A DNA stretch of 64,000 bases, taken from NCBI RefSeq assembly GCF_018977255.1, contig NW_024704742.1, positions 137,208,001 to 137,272,000 of the forward strand. Direction: 5' to 3'. Source of the stretch: Callorhinchus milii (lineage: Eukaryota). Within the stretch, counting starts at the first letter, position 1. The number at the start of each line of letters is the position of its first letter. A program made the translations under genes and the position numbers. The notes below the pieces were generated by a model that was not told where the DNA came from, searched no databases, and was given only the letters and a program-made list of their open reading frames with translations. Positions 1 to 17,772 of this stretch are shown piece by piece.

Positions 1-420
1 CAGTTGGGTCATGACCCGAGCATTGGGGGGGAAATGATCAGGGTGAGGGGAGGGAAGGGAGGGAGCGAGGAGGGGGGAAATGGTCAGGGTGAGGGGAGGG
101 AAGGGAGGGAGCGAGGAGGGGGAAGAGAGTCGAGAGGGGAGCTGAAGGCTGAAGGTCAAAGAGAAAGGTCTTGAGACCGGCCTTGAAGGAGGAAAGGGAG
201 GAGGCGGCGAAGGCACTGGGGATGGAGTTCCAGAGCCTCGGGGCTGAGAGGCTGAAGGCCACCGATGGTCGGGCGGTTGGGGCGGGGGACGTGGAGCAGA
301 CCGGAGCCAGAGGAACGGAGGGTACGGGCAGGTAGGGAGGGGGATAGTAGGTCAGAGAGGTAGGAGGGAGCGAGGCCGTGAATGGCCTTGTAGGTGAGGA
401 TGAGGATCTTCAAATCAAAT
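1..420 (-). mobile_element. L2-clade LINE 3' fragment
   Basis: KILILTYKAIHGLAPSYLSDLL...RTLRSSG...AFSLSAPRLWNSIP, the typical L2 ORF2 C-terminus. Confidence 0.88.
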
Positions 421-2440
421 ACATACAGACACACACAGACACAAACTCAGAGACAAACACACAGACATACACACACACACAGACATACACACATACAAAC
501 ACAGTGACACACACACAGACACACGCAGACACGCAGGCGCACACATACAGACCCACACAGATGCACACACACAGACACGCGCTCAAACAGACCCACCCCC
601 ACAGAGACACACGCACACAGACACACACACACACCATACACACACACACACACACACAGACTATACAGACACACACACACATATAAACAACAAAATTACA
701 TTTATATCGCGCATTTCACGTCGGGAGAATGTCACAGACACAGCCACAGATATACATACAGACACACTCAGACATATACATATACAGACAGACATACACA
801 CACACACAGACATGCACGCACACACAGACATGCACACACATATAGATGCAGACACACGCACACAGGTGCTCACACACACAGACACACATGCAAACACAGT
901 GACACACACACACAGACACACATACACAGAACACACAGACACAGATACGCACACACAGACATATCTACAGACACAGTGACACACACACAGACACTCGCAT
1001 ACACACCCACGCAGGCACACCCACACTCACACTCACACAGACCCATACAGAGGCGCGAACACACAGATGCACACACACAGACGCGTGCGCACACAGAAGC
1101 ACATCCACAAAGACACGCGCACACACACACACACACACACCATACAGACACACACACACCATACAGACACACACACCATACAGACACACACACACACCAT
1201 ACAGACACACACACACCATACAGACACACACACATACACAGAACAACAACAAAATTACATTTTTATAGCGCATTTCACGTCGGGAGAATGTCACACACAC
1301 AGACACAGACACAGATGCACACACCAGAGACGCACACACACACACACAAACAGACATACATATACACATACAGACACACACCGACATATACGCACACAGA
1401 CACAGACATACACACACCGACAGACACACACACACACGCAGACACACATAAGCAGACGCTCACACATGCAGACACACATACACACCCAGACAGACACACA
1501 CACAGACAGACAGACAGACAGACAGACAGGCACACACACACACGCACACAGACGCGCATACACACACAGAGGCGCACACACAGAGACAGGCAGACACATA
1601 TATACCCAGACAGATACACACACAGACACACATAAACAGACACCCTCAGACAGACACACACACAGACACACACACACATGCAGAAACACACACAAAAAAA
1701 ACATACACAGATAGACACAGGTACACAAACACAGACAGACACAGACACAGGAATCAGACACACTCATAGAAACACACGCACACACAAATACACACACATG
1801 TACACACACAAACAGACGTACAAACACAGACGTACACACACAAATAGAAACACGCGCATACACACACGTACACACAGACATACACACACAGACACACATA
1901 CACACAAACAGACATACAAATACAGACATACACACATAGAAACACACGCACACACATGTACACGTACACACGTACACACACACACACACACACACAGACA
2001 TACAAACACAGACATACACACGCTCATGCCGACACGCACAGACACACACTCAGAGACACACAGACATACACACAGACATACACAGACATGCACAGACAGA
2101 CACACATTCAAACACAGTGACACACACACACACAGACAGACGCGCCAACACAGACATACCTACAGACACAGAGACACACAGACACCCGCACACAGACAGA
2201 CGCGCCCACACACACACAGATGCGCACACACAGAGACAGGCACACACATATACACCCAGACAGATACACACACAGACACACATAGACAGACACCCTCAGA
2301 CAGACACACAGACACACACATACACACACATGCAGAAACAGACACACACACATACACACACAAAGACACACACAGAAACACACACACAAAAAAACACACT
2401 CACAGACAGACGTAGACACAGATAAACACACACACACACA
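421..2440. repeat. Degenerate (CA)n/(GACA)n satellite; similar blocks at 3190-5200, 10040-12130, 15670-16135, 19266-23640, 27380-29750
   Basis: Low-complexity CA/GA repeats, the source of the T/H- and C/V-rich pseudo-ORFs. Confidence 0.95.
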
Positions 2441-2918
2441 CGGCTGGAATCCTCGCGCCTTCAGTCACTACACCCGAAACTCTGGAACTCTCCCCCTCAA
2501 CCCCTCGCCCCCTCCGTCCCCATCTTCAGGTCACGGACTCGAGTGGCCACCGATTTGTAGACGAGTGAGAGGTTCTTGAAATCGATCGGATCTGTGAGAT
2601 AACAGACACCACGACACAGACACACACAGAGACACACAGACACACACACAGAGACACACAGAGAGACACACACAGAGACACACAGAGACACACAGAGAGA
2701 CACAGAGAGACACACAGACACACAGAGAGACACAGAGAGAGAGAGAGAGTGGCACTGACAGACACACATGTAGAGAGAGACATACACAGAGAGACATACA
2801 CACAGAGAGAGAGAGAGAGAGAGACATACACAAAGTACGAAGTATACGGAGACACACACACACACACAGACATAACCACACAGACAGAGACACACACACA
2901 CAGAGATATAAACGGAGA

Positions 2919-3016
2919 CAAATGCCGTCTCCGTCCATGTTGTGGTTCTGGTAGAAATCACTGCGCTCCTCCTCCTGCTCCTTCATGTCCTCCTCCTGCT
3001 CCAGTTTGAACACGAG
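2919..3016 (-). pseudogene. 3'-truncated copy of the myosin V-derived LVFKLEQEE exon
   Basis: Same sequence up to GGCATTTG, then joined to satellite. Confidence 0.72.
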
Positions 3017-5239
3017 CTGCAACGGGACAGTGAGGGGGGAAATCCCCGTACCCTCCGCTCCCCCAGCGCCGGCCGCGCTTTCAGCCATTATGCCCCGAAA
3101 CTCTGGAACTCTCTCCCCCAACACTTGTCCCCTCCGACCCCATCTTCAGGGGCTCCTCGAGTGGCTGAAGCCCGTGGCCACTGATCAGCACCAGACACAC
3201 AGAGAGAGACACACACACACACACACACACAAACAGACATACAAACACAGACATACAAACACACATTGAAACACACACACACACACACACAGACACACAC
3301 ACACAGACATACAAACGCAGACCTACAGATGCACATACAGACACACACAGACACAAACTCAGAGACAAACACACAGACGTACACACACACACAGACGTAC
3401 ACACATACAAACACAGTGACACACACACACAGACACACGCAGACACGCAGGCGCACACATACAGACCCACACAGATGCACACACACAGACACGCGCGCAA
3501 ACAGACCCACCCCCACAGAGACACACGCACACAGACACACACACACACACACACACCATACAGACACACACACACAGATAAACAACAAAATTACATTTAT
3601 ATCGCGCATTTCACGTCGGGAGAATGTCACAGACACAGCCACAGACATACATACAGACACACTCAGACATATACATATACAGACAGACATACACACACAC
3701 ACACAGACATGCACGCACACACAGACATGCACACACACATAGATGCAGACACACTCACACAGGTGCTCACACACACAGACACGCATACACACCCAGACAG
3801 ACACACACACACACACACAGAGAGACACACACAGAAAGACACACACACAGAGACACACACACACACAGACACACACAGAGACAGAGAATTCCATAAATTC
3901 ACTGCCCTCCGAGCGGAGAAATGTGTTCACCGTACACACATACAAACACAGTGACACACACACAGACGCACAGACACTAACACACAGCGACACACACACA
4001 CACTCACAAAGTCGCACATACACAGAACCACACAGACGCGCAAACACACAGTTGCACACACACACACACACACAAACGTACACAGACACAGCCGTGCGCG
4101 CACACAGATGCGAACCCACAGAGACACAGACACACACACCCACATAGACACATACACACACACACACAACACAGACACACACACACCATACAGACACACA
4201 CACAACAACAACAACAACAAAGTTACATTTATATAGCGCATTTCACGTCGGGAGAATGACATTCACACACAGACATACAGACACACACACACACACGGAC
4301 ACACACACACCATACAGCCACACACACACACATACACACAGAGAAACAGACACACATACACAGACAGATACAGATAGACACACACACGGCTGGAATCCTT
4401 GTGCCTTCAGCCACTACTCCCCGAAACTCACATAGACAGACATCCTCAGACAGACAGACACACACACACACACACACGCAGAAACAGACGCACACAGATA
4501 CACACACACACACTCAGAGAAACACACACAAACACACACACATAGACAGACACAGACACAGATAGACAGAGACGCACACACGGCTGGAATCCTCGCGCCT
4601 CTCCCCCTCAACCCCTCGCCCCCTCCTTCCTCATCTTCAGGTCGTGACTCGAGTGGCTGAAAGCATTGGCACCGATTTGTAGACAAGTGAGAGGTTCTTG
4701 AACTCGATCTGATCTGTGAGATAACAGACACCACGACAGAGACACACAGAGACAGAGAGAGACAGAGACACACAGAGAGACACAGAGACACACAGAGAGA
4801 GACATACACACAGAGAGACACACAGAGAGACACACACACAGACATACACTGAAAGATAGAGACACAGACATACACAGAAAAAGAGAGAGAGACATACACA
4901 AAGTAAGATGTATACGGAGACACACACACACACACACACACAGACGTAACCACACAGACAGAGACATACACACACAGAGATATAAACGGAGACACACACA
5001 CACACAGAAGTACACACACACAGACAGACATCCACACACTCATACACTGATACACACCGAGAGACACACAGAGAGAGACACACACGGCGATATACATACA
5101 GGGACACACACACACGCAGACATACACAGAGAGAGATATACACAGAGAGAGACATTCACACAGAGACGCACAGACAGAGAGAGACACACACACATAAAGG
5201 GAGACATATACCCTCTCACACTGACTCACTCTCTCTTAC

Positions 5240-5528
5240 CAGGTTAATCTGCTGCTGGAGTCTCTCATTACTCTCATTACCTGGAGTCTCTCAAGACTTC
5301 TCTCTTGCTCTCCAGCATTTCTTTCGCTGAAGAATTCCCACTCTCACCAAATTCCTGCACAGAATTCCCACTCTGTTCCGTCCTCACTCAGGTACGTCCT
5401 CGCTCTGCTGGGCTCTCTGCTCGAGGCCTTGGCTTTCAAGCAGAAACTTGTTGATGTAGAACAAGTCCATGAGCATTTGCGATTTTTCTTTGGTCAACAG
5501 TTGGCCAATTCCAGGACAACCCAGAATT
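5240..5528 (-). pseudogene. 289-nt exon-like cassette ending in a diverged myosin V relay segment SNERLQQQINL|gtaag
   Basis: tatccag acceptor and gtaag donor, with internal stops. Other copies at 12165-12330 (internally deleted), 23675-23963 and 27060-27348 (+). Confidence 0.6.
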
Positions 5529-5600
5529 CTGGATAGAGTTAGAGATAGAGAGCAACAGAGAGCGCGCGCGAGAGAGAGAGACAGAGAGAAAGAGAGAGCC

Positions 5601-5633
<33 letters not shown>

Positions 5634-5880
5634 GAGCCAGAGAGATAGCCAGAGAACGTGAGCGAGAGTTTTGGATAGAGTTAGTGATAAAGGGCGAGAG
5701 AGCACGAGAGAGAGAGAGAGAGAGAGTGAGAGAGAGCGGCAGAGAGAGGGAGCGAGAGAGAGAGGCAGAGAGAGAGCCAGAGAGAGAGCTCAAGTGAGAG
5801 AGCGAGCAAGAGAACCAGAGAGAGAACCAGAGAGAGAGCCAGAGAGAGAGAGAGAGAGACAGACAGACCGAGAGTGAGAG

Positions 5881-8700
<2,820 letters not shown>

Positions 8701-8979
8701 GACACCACGACACAGACACACAGAGACACAGAGAGACACAGAGACACACAGAGACACACATGTAGAGAGAGACATTCACACAGACATACACAGAGAGAGA
8801 GAGAGAGAGAGACACACACAAAGTACGATGTATACGGAGACACACACACACACACAGACATAACCACACAGACAGAGACACACACACACAGAGATATAAA
8901 CGGAGACACACACACACACAGAAGTACACACACACAGACAGACACCCACACACTCCCACACTGACTCCCACTCCCTTAC

Positions 8980-9061
8980 CGGGTTAATCAGCTGTTGGAG
9001 TCTCTCATTAACGCCGTTGATGTCAAACTCTTCAAATCTGTTGATCTCAAATGTTTCAAAC
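8980..9061 (-). pseudogene. Myosin V-derived exon (switch II/relay helix): FETFEINRFEEFDINGVNERLQQLINP
   Basis: 82-nt exon with ctgcag acceptor and gtaagg donor. 17/27 identical to recalled MYO5B [27 protein letters not shown]. Confidence 0.8.
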
Positions 9062-9716
9062 CTGCAGTGAAACTTGGCTCAGGTTTGGCGGTGCCCAGGA
9101 ATCCAACCCTGGTCCTCTGGCTTGCGGGGCGAGTGCTCTAACCACTACACCACAGGACTCCACAGGAACCTTTTCCATCTGGAAATGGAAATCCTTGTCT
9201 GCACCGCCTGAAAGAGGATAAGGCCGAGTTACCACACAAGACATCACCAGAGAGATTCGGGAGGAAAAGGCCTTTGGGCCCATTTGATTGCAAACTTCCC
9301 CAACGTCAGCCCATCACAGCATCTCAACTGGTTTGGGGATCGAGTCCCGGCTCAACCTTAGTGGATCGCCCTCCACTGAGAGGGTGAGAGAGAGAGGGGG
9401 AGAGAAAGAGAGAGAGAGTGAGAGATAGAGAGAGAGCGAGAGAGAGATAGAGTGAGGGAGAGCAAGAAAGAGAGAGATAGAAAGAGAGCGAGAGATAGAG
9501 AGAGAGCGAGAGAGAGAGCAAGAGAGAGGGAGAGCAAGAGAGGGAGAGAGTGAGAGAGGGTGAGAGAGAGGGTGAGCCAGAGACAGAGAGAGCGAGACAG
9601 AGAGAAAGAGTGAGAGAAAGAGTGAGCCAAAGAGAGGGTGAGCCAGAGAGAGGGAGTGAGAGAGAGGGAGAGAGTTGAAGAGAGAGAGAGAGCGACAGAG
9701 AGAGAGAGAGGGAAAC

Positions 9717-9862
9717 CATTGCCACGTTTATGATGTTCCATAACAGACAGTTCAATATCTCATCCAAATGCCGTCTCCGTCCATGTTGTGGTTCTGGTAG
9801 AAATCACTGCGCTCCTCCTCCTGCTCCTTCATGTCCTCCTCCTGCTCCAGTTTGAACACGAG
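9717..9862 (-). pseudogene. Myosin V-derived exon [24 protein letters not shown]...GI/LDE (frameshifted)
   Basis: ttgcag acceptor followed by a peptide resembling MYO5 [25 protein letters not shown]...GILD. One base is missing at GGCATTTGGAT. Confidence 0.75.
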
Positions 9863-12800
9863 CTGCAACGGGACAGTGAGGGGGGAAATCCCCGTACCCT
9901 CCGCTCCCCCAGCGCCGGCCGCGCTTTCAGCCATTATGCCCCGAAACTCTGGAACTCTCTCCCCCAACACTTGTCCCCTCCGACCCCATCTTCAGGGGCT
10001 CCTCGAGTGGCTGAAGCCCGTGGCCACTGATCAGCACCAGACACACAGAGAGACACACACACACATATGCAAACACACAAACAGACGTACATACACAGAC
10101 ACACGTACACACAAACAGACATACAAACACAGACATACACACATAGAAACACACGGACACACATGTACACACACACACGCATACACACACACGTACATAC
10201 CTACAGACACAGAGACACACACACACACAGACCTTCGCAGACACACACAGGCACACCCACACTCACACTGTCGCACACATACAGACCCACACAGACCCGC
10301 AAACACACAGATGCACACACACAGACGCGTGCGCACACAGACGCACACCCACAGAGACACACACACACACACCATACAGACACACACACACCATACAGAA
10401 CACACACACACCATACAGACACACACACACACATACACAGAACAACAACAACAAAATTACATTTTTATAGCGCATTTCACGTTGGGAGAATGTCACACAC
10501 ACAGACGCACAGACACAGATGCACACACCAGAGACGCGCACACACACACACAAACATACACATAGACATATATATACACATACAGACACACACAGATATA
10601 TATACACACACAGATGCGCACACACAGAGACAGGAGCACACATACACACCCAGACAGATACACACACAGACAGACACCCTCAAACAGACACATACATACA
10701 CACACACACATATGCAGAAACAGACACACACAGATATACACACACACAGAAACACACACACAGACATACAAACACAGATATACACACGCACATGCAGACA
10801 CACACAGAAACACACTCAGAGACACACACACGGACATACACACAGACATACACAAACATACACAGACAGACACACATAAAAGCACAGTGACACACACACA
10901 GACACACATACACAAAACACACAGACACGCACACACACACATACCTACAGACAAAGAGACATACACACAGATACTCGCAGACACACACACGCAGGCACAC
11001 CCACACTCACACAGTCGTACACATACAGATCCACACAGACCCGCAAACACACAGATGCACACACACAGAGACACACACACACACACACACACAGACACAC
11101 ACACAGACACACACGCACACAGACACACACACACACCATACAGACACACACACACCATACAGACACACACACCATACAGACACACACACACCATACAGAC
11201 ACACACACACACCATACAGACACACACACATACACAGAACAACTACAACAAAATTACATTTTTATAGCGCATTTCACACACAACTACACACAGACACAGA
11301 TGCACACACCAGAGACGCAGATATGCACACACACACAGACATACATATACACATACAGACACACACCGACATAAACGCACACAGACCCATACATACACAC
11401 AGACATGCATGCACACACCGAGAGACACACACACACGCAGACACACACACACAGATGCACACACCAGAGACGCAGATATACACACACACAGACATACATA
11501 TACACATACAGACACACACCGACATAAACGCACACAGACATACATACACACAGACATGCATGCACACACCGAGAGACACACACACACGCAGACACACACA
11601 CACACACGCAGACGCGCATACACAGAGACAGGCACACACATATACATCCAGACAGATACACACACAGACACACATAGACAGACACCCTCAGACAGACACA
11701 GACACAGGTTCACACACCCACACGGCTGGAATCCTCGTGCCTTCAGCCACTACACCCGAAACTCTGGAACTCTCCCCCTCAACCCCTCGCCCCCTCCTTC
11801 CCCATCTTCAGGTCGCAACTCGAGTGGCCACCGATTTGTAGACAAGTGAGAGGTTCTTGAAATCAATCTGATCTGTGAGATAACAGACACCACGACAGAG
11901 ACACACAGAGACACACAGAGACACACAGAGACACACGCACAGACACAGAGAGAGAGACACACACACAGACATACACAGAGGGAAACATATACAAAGAGAG
12001 ACATTCACACAGAGACACACAGACAGAGAGAGACACACACACAGAGACACACAGAGACACACAGAGGGAAACATATACAGAGAGAGACATTCACACAGAG
12101 ACACACAGACAGAGAGAGACACACACAGACATATACCCTCTCAACTGACTCACTCTCTCTTACCAGGTTAATCTGCTGCTGAAGTCTCTAATTACTCTCA
12201 TTACCTGGAGTCTCTCAAGACTTCTCTCTTGCTCTCTAGCATCTCTTTCGCTGAAGAATTCCCACTCTCAACAAATTCCAAATTGTTGATGTAGAACAAG
12301 TCCATGAGCCTTTGCGATTTTTCTTCGGTCAAGAGAGCGAGAGAGGAAGCCAGAGAGAGAGAAAGAGAGCGAGAGAGAGAGCCAGAGAAAGGGGCAGAGA
12401 GAGAGAGAGCCCGAGAGAGAGTGAGAGAAAGAGAGAGACAGAGAGAGATGGAGTGAGAAAGCGACTCCGTTAAGAGGCCACACATCCCATCCCACACACA
12501 GCAATCTCCAAGTTGAGGGACATCCATGGATCTCAAGCCCAGTGATGGGTCTCTCTCTATATGTGGCTCATGAACAACATCTGGCGACCAAACCTGTTGT
12601 CGAGCCGTGTCAGCAACACAAGCCCCAAACTGGTGACCAGCAGCTGTATTGGGTACCAAACAATGGGAGCATTACCGAGCAAGTTAGCCACCAGGTTGGT
12701 TACCAAATAAGGGCAGAACCTGGGAAACCATGTGCCTGCTGGGGGGAGGGGGGAGGGGGACGTGGGGGTCTCCTTAGACCCCAACGGGCTTCAAGGTGAC

Positions 12801-13709
12801 ATACCTGGCAACAGGAAGTCAGCACGGAACCAACCCTCGGTGGTAATCTCCATGGCAACCAATGGGGTTTAGCTGTTAACCTCCGGCACTAACCCAAGTC
12901 ACTGTGTGGGGTCCTCAAGCCATCAGACCATAAGACGTAGGAGCAGGAGTAGGCCATTCAGCCCCTCCAGCCTGCCCCGCCATTTAATAAGATCACGGCT
13001 GATCTTCTACCCTAACCTAAGCTACGGGGAGTCCTTACTCCACACACCTGATAATAACCCCTCAAAGAAATAATAAATTGGCCATTTCAACCCACGACTG
13101 TTTGTGGGACACTGTTGTACGCAATTGGTTCCCACATTTCACCCACAAATATACAGTCAATTCACTTTACCGTCTATTCTGTGAAGGGCTTTGAGATGTC
13201 CAGAAGATGTGAAAAGCACTATATCAGATACAAGGATTATTATTATTGTTATTATTATTAAACTCACTGAGTGGGTATTTAAATGGCAAATGCATTTCCA
13301 TGTAGAAAAGTCTGAGGCGGTACATGTTGGCAGAAGGAATAAGGAAGTCACGTACATCCTGGAAAATAGAAACCTAATGGGGGAGAGGAGCAAAGGGACC
13401 GGGGGGCTACACATCCACAATTCACTAAAAGGAGCAACGCAGGTTAATAAGGCCATAAAAAGGCAAACCAGGGTTTGGGGTTCATTTCTACAGAGATAGA
13501 AAGGGAAACCAGGGAAGTTATGGTGAACTGCTATAGAACCGCGGTTTGACCACACTTACTGCACTGTGTGCAGCTCTGGGCCCCACATTATAGAGGGGAT
13601 GTCGGGGCACTCGAGCCACAGAGGGAGAAATACTGAGACAGAGAGTGACAGATAGAGAGGCACAGAGTGAGATAGATAAGCATATATATATATATACATA
13701 GAGGGAAAT

Positions 13710-13760
<51 letters not shown>

Positions 13761-14004
13761 CATGTATAGAGATAGAGAGGGACAGAGAGTGAGTGAGAGA
13801 CATAGAGACACAGAGAGTCAGAGATATAGAAACACAGAGAGTGAGAGACACCGAGAGTGACAGATTATAGAGACGCAGAGAGGAGAGATATAGAGACTCA
13901 GAGAATGAGAGATATTGAAAGACAGAGAGTGAGAGATATCGAGAGTCAGTGGGAAATATTGGGACACAAAGCGTGAGATAGACATAGGTGTGGAGATAGG
14001 CGTA

Positions 14005-14310
14005 GAGTCCTGTAGCTCAGTGGTTAGAGCACTCGCTTTGCAAGCGAGAGACCTGAGTTCAATTCCAGGCAGAGGGTGAACCTTGGCAGTTTCCTTACTC
14101 CAACAGAGCCTAAAATAATCCCTCCAAAACCAAAAACAATAATAAATTGGTCATTTTCAATCTACGACGTTTGTGGACATTGCTGTGCGCATTGGCTGCC
14201 GCGTTCGCCACAAATAACAGTCAATTCCCTTTACAGTGTGTTTGTGAACGCTTTGGGACGTCTCTGACGTGAAAAGGCTATATCAATACAAGGATTATTA
14301 TATTATTATA
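14005..14310 (+). mobile_element. tRNA-derived SINE, full length
   Basis: A box TAGCTCAGTGG, B box GTTCAATTCC, (ATT)n tail. Confidence 0.85.
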
Positions 14311-16340
14311 AACGAGAGAGAGAAATACAGACAGACAGAGATGTAGACAGAGACAATGAGGGAAAGAATATGCTGACTCTAAAGGAGGGAATAAAGGAAA
14401 CATTGATGCCGGATCATTATGCTGTGAAACTGTCCTCAAAGTGCTTCACAGGGTTTTACTGTAAAGTGTAGTGACTGCGTTTGCAGACAAACATGTGGAT
14501 GTCAGTCTGGTTGGATATTCTCAAGGCCAATGTGATGAATGTGGCGGACACCAGGCTGAACACAAACAGCTCTTCACTAATGAATGAGCATCAAATCCAC
14601 TCTCAGGAACCCCCAGTCCTCCGCTAACCCAGTTTTAAATCTGTCTCGTCCTGTGATGTTCCTGCAATCAATGATTAAATGGCCTCGGCCATAAAACATC
14701 TTCAGGAAGGTTTGAATTTGAACAAATATAACAATCTTTCATTCAATACAGCAATTCTCAAAGCACTTGATAGATTTTTTACAGTGTAGTGACTGTGTAT
14801 TATGCTGTGTTTGACTGTCCTCCTTGGGGTTGGGGGGAAGGTAAGTGGGGTCTCCCTGTCGCTGATCTGGCCCCAAGGTGACACATTGATGGCTTTGCCG
14901 AGGTGTCTCCAGGGACTGTAAGGGCTAAATAAACTTGTGACCCTGGGGTGAAGTCAGGACCAACACAAATTCTTCAATCAATTGATATTTATTAATACAA
15001 ATGAGTAAAAAAATGACATTTCATCAAATCAAATGAATGCTGACGACAGGTTAGTAAAGTTCACCCAATGGGTTGATGGGATCAATGTGGGGCTTTGATG
15101 TAGGAATTGTCTTGTTAACGTGCAGTGATCCATGTTGGTTGGACTCTATCCCTCTTCCCTCCAGATTGGCTGTGGGGAGTGAGTCCATTCTCTCTTCTCC
15201 GATATAACCCCAAATCTCTGCCTCTTTCTCCCTTTTTGGTCCCAGACACCAGTCTGTTCAATGTCATGTTAGAAACACCGACTGCAAACACAGGACAAAC
15301 TTGATCAAAATTCCACCCGACTGAACCCAAACCAATCTATTGTTGGGCAACCTTCAGCCACTGTCCACGATGGTCTTCACACCCAAACCCAACCCACACA
15401 CACCCAGACACACACTGACAGACACACAGACACACACTGACAGAGCATAGACACACTCACCCAACAGACACACAGACGCACACACACAGACCACACCACA
15501 CACACCCACACGGCTGGAATCCTCGTGCCTTCAGCCACTACACCCGAAACTCTGGAACTCTCCCCTCAACCCCTCGCCCCCTCCTTCCCCATCTTCAGGT
15601 CGTGACTCGAGTGGCCACCGATTTGTAGACAAGTGAGAGGTTCTTGAAATCGATCTGATCTGTGAGATAACAGACACCGAGACACAGATACACAGAGACA
15701 CACAGAGACACACAGAGACACAGAGAGACACACACAGAGATACGTAGAGTCACACAGAGACACACACAGAGAGAGACACAGAGACACACAGAGACACAGA
15801 GACACACATACACAGAGACACACACGGACACATACACACACAGAGACACACACAGAGACACACAGACACACACACACACAGACACACACACAGAACACAC
15901 ACACACACAGACACACACAGACACACACACACCACACACACACACAACACCACAGACACACACAGACAACCACACAGACACACACGACACACACACAGAC
16001 ACACACCACAACACAGACACACTCACAGACACACACACACACACAGACACACACACATACAGACACACACAGACACACACACACAGACACACACACAAAC
16101 ACACATACACTCACATATACACACAGACACACACAACCCCAAATCTCTGCCTCTTTCCCCCTTTTTGGTCCCAGACACCAGTCTGTTCATGTCATGTTAG
16201 AAACACGACTGCAAACACAGGACAAACTTGATCAAAATTCCACCCGACTGAACCCAAACAATCTATTGTTGGGCAAACCTTCAGCCACTGTCCACGAGGG
16301 TCTTCACACCCAACCCAACCCACACACACCCAGACACACA

Positions 16341-17252
16341 GAGATCTGGACGAGAGACAACTTTCTTCAGCTCAACGTGGCGAAAAACCGAGGCCCTCCT
16401 GATTGGCTCACGTCAGCGCCTCCGCACCTCAGGCGCTGACACCAATCAGCATCCAATCTGCACTCTCCACCTCTCAAAGCCATCAGGAACCTCGGCGTTT
16501 TGTTCGACCCTGAGCTGTCCTTTCTCCCTCACATCCGCACTACAACTGGCACCGCCTTCCATCACCTCCGGAACATCGCCAGACTACGGCACTCCCTCAC
16601 GCCGCTGAAACCCTGGTCCACGCCTTTGTCACCTCAAGGCTGGACTATGGGAACTCTCTCCTCGCCGGCCTTCCCGCCACCTCCCTCCACACTGCAGGTC
16701 ATTCAGAACTCTGCAGCTCGTTGTACTGTCCCGCACCAGGCTTCGGACCCACATCCACTACCCCACCCTCGCTCGCCCTCCACTGGCTCCCCATCCCCCA
16801 GAGGATTGATTTCAAGATCCTCATCCTCACCTACAAGGCCATTCACGGCCTTGCTCCCTCCTACCTCTCCAACCTACTATCCCCCTACCTACCTGCCCGT
16901 ACCCTCCGTTCCTCTGGCTCTCGTCTGCTCCACGTCCCCCGCCCCAACAGCCCTACCATCGGTGGTCGGGCCTTCAGCCTCTCAGCCCCAGGCTCTGGAA
17001 CTCCATCCCCCAGTGCCTTCGCCGCCTCCTCCCTTTCCTCCTTCAAGGCCGGTCTCAAACCTTTCTCTTTGACCGTGCCTTCAGCTCCCCTCTCGACTCT
17101 CTTCCCCCTCCTCGCTCCCTCCCTTCCCTCCCCTCACCCTGACCATTTCCCCCCCAATGCTCGGGTCATGACCCAACTGTGCAGCGCCTTGGGACGTCCT
17201 CCTGACGTGAAAGGCGCTTTATAAATGGAATCTTGTTGTTGTTGTTGTTGTT
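16341..17252 (+). mobile_element. 5'-truncated L2 LINE with (TTG)n tail and GACACACA target-site duplication
   Basis: L2 ORF2 C-terminal motifs (NFLQLN, RNLGVLFD, LHWLPIPQRIDFKILILTYKA). TSD at 16333-16340 and 17253-17260. Confidence 0.9.
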
Positions 17253-17772
17253 GACACACACTGACAGTCGCACAGACACATAGACACACTCACACAAACA
17301 GACACACAGGTATACACACACAGACGCATACACACACAGACACACACACGGCTGGAATCCTCGTGCCTTCAGCCACTACACCCGAAACTCTGGAACTCTC
17401 CCCCTCAACCCCTCGCCCCCTCCTTCCCCATCTTCAGGTCGCGACTCGAGTGGCCACCGATTTGTAGACAAGTGAGAGGTTCTTGAATTCGATCGGATCT
17501 GTGAGATAACAGACACCGAGACAGAGACACACAGAGACAGAGAGAGATACACAGACAGACAGACGTAGAGAGAGAGACATACACACAGACATACACAGAG
17601 AGAGAGAGAGAGACACACAAAGTACGATGTATACGGAGACACACACACACAAACATAACCACACAGACAGAGACACACACACAGAGATATAAACGGAGAC
17701 ACACACACACACAGAAGTACACACACACAGACAGACACCCACACACTCCCACACTGACTCCCACTCCCTTAC

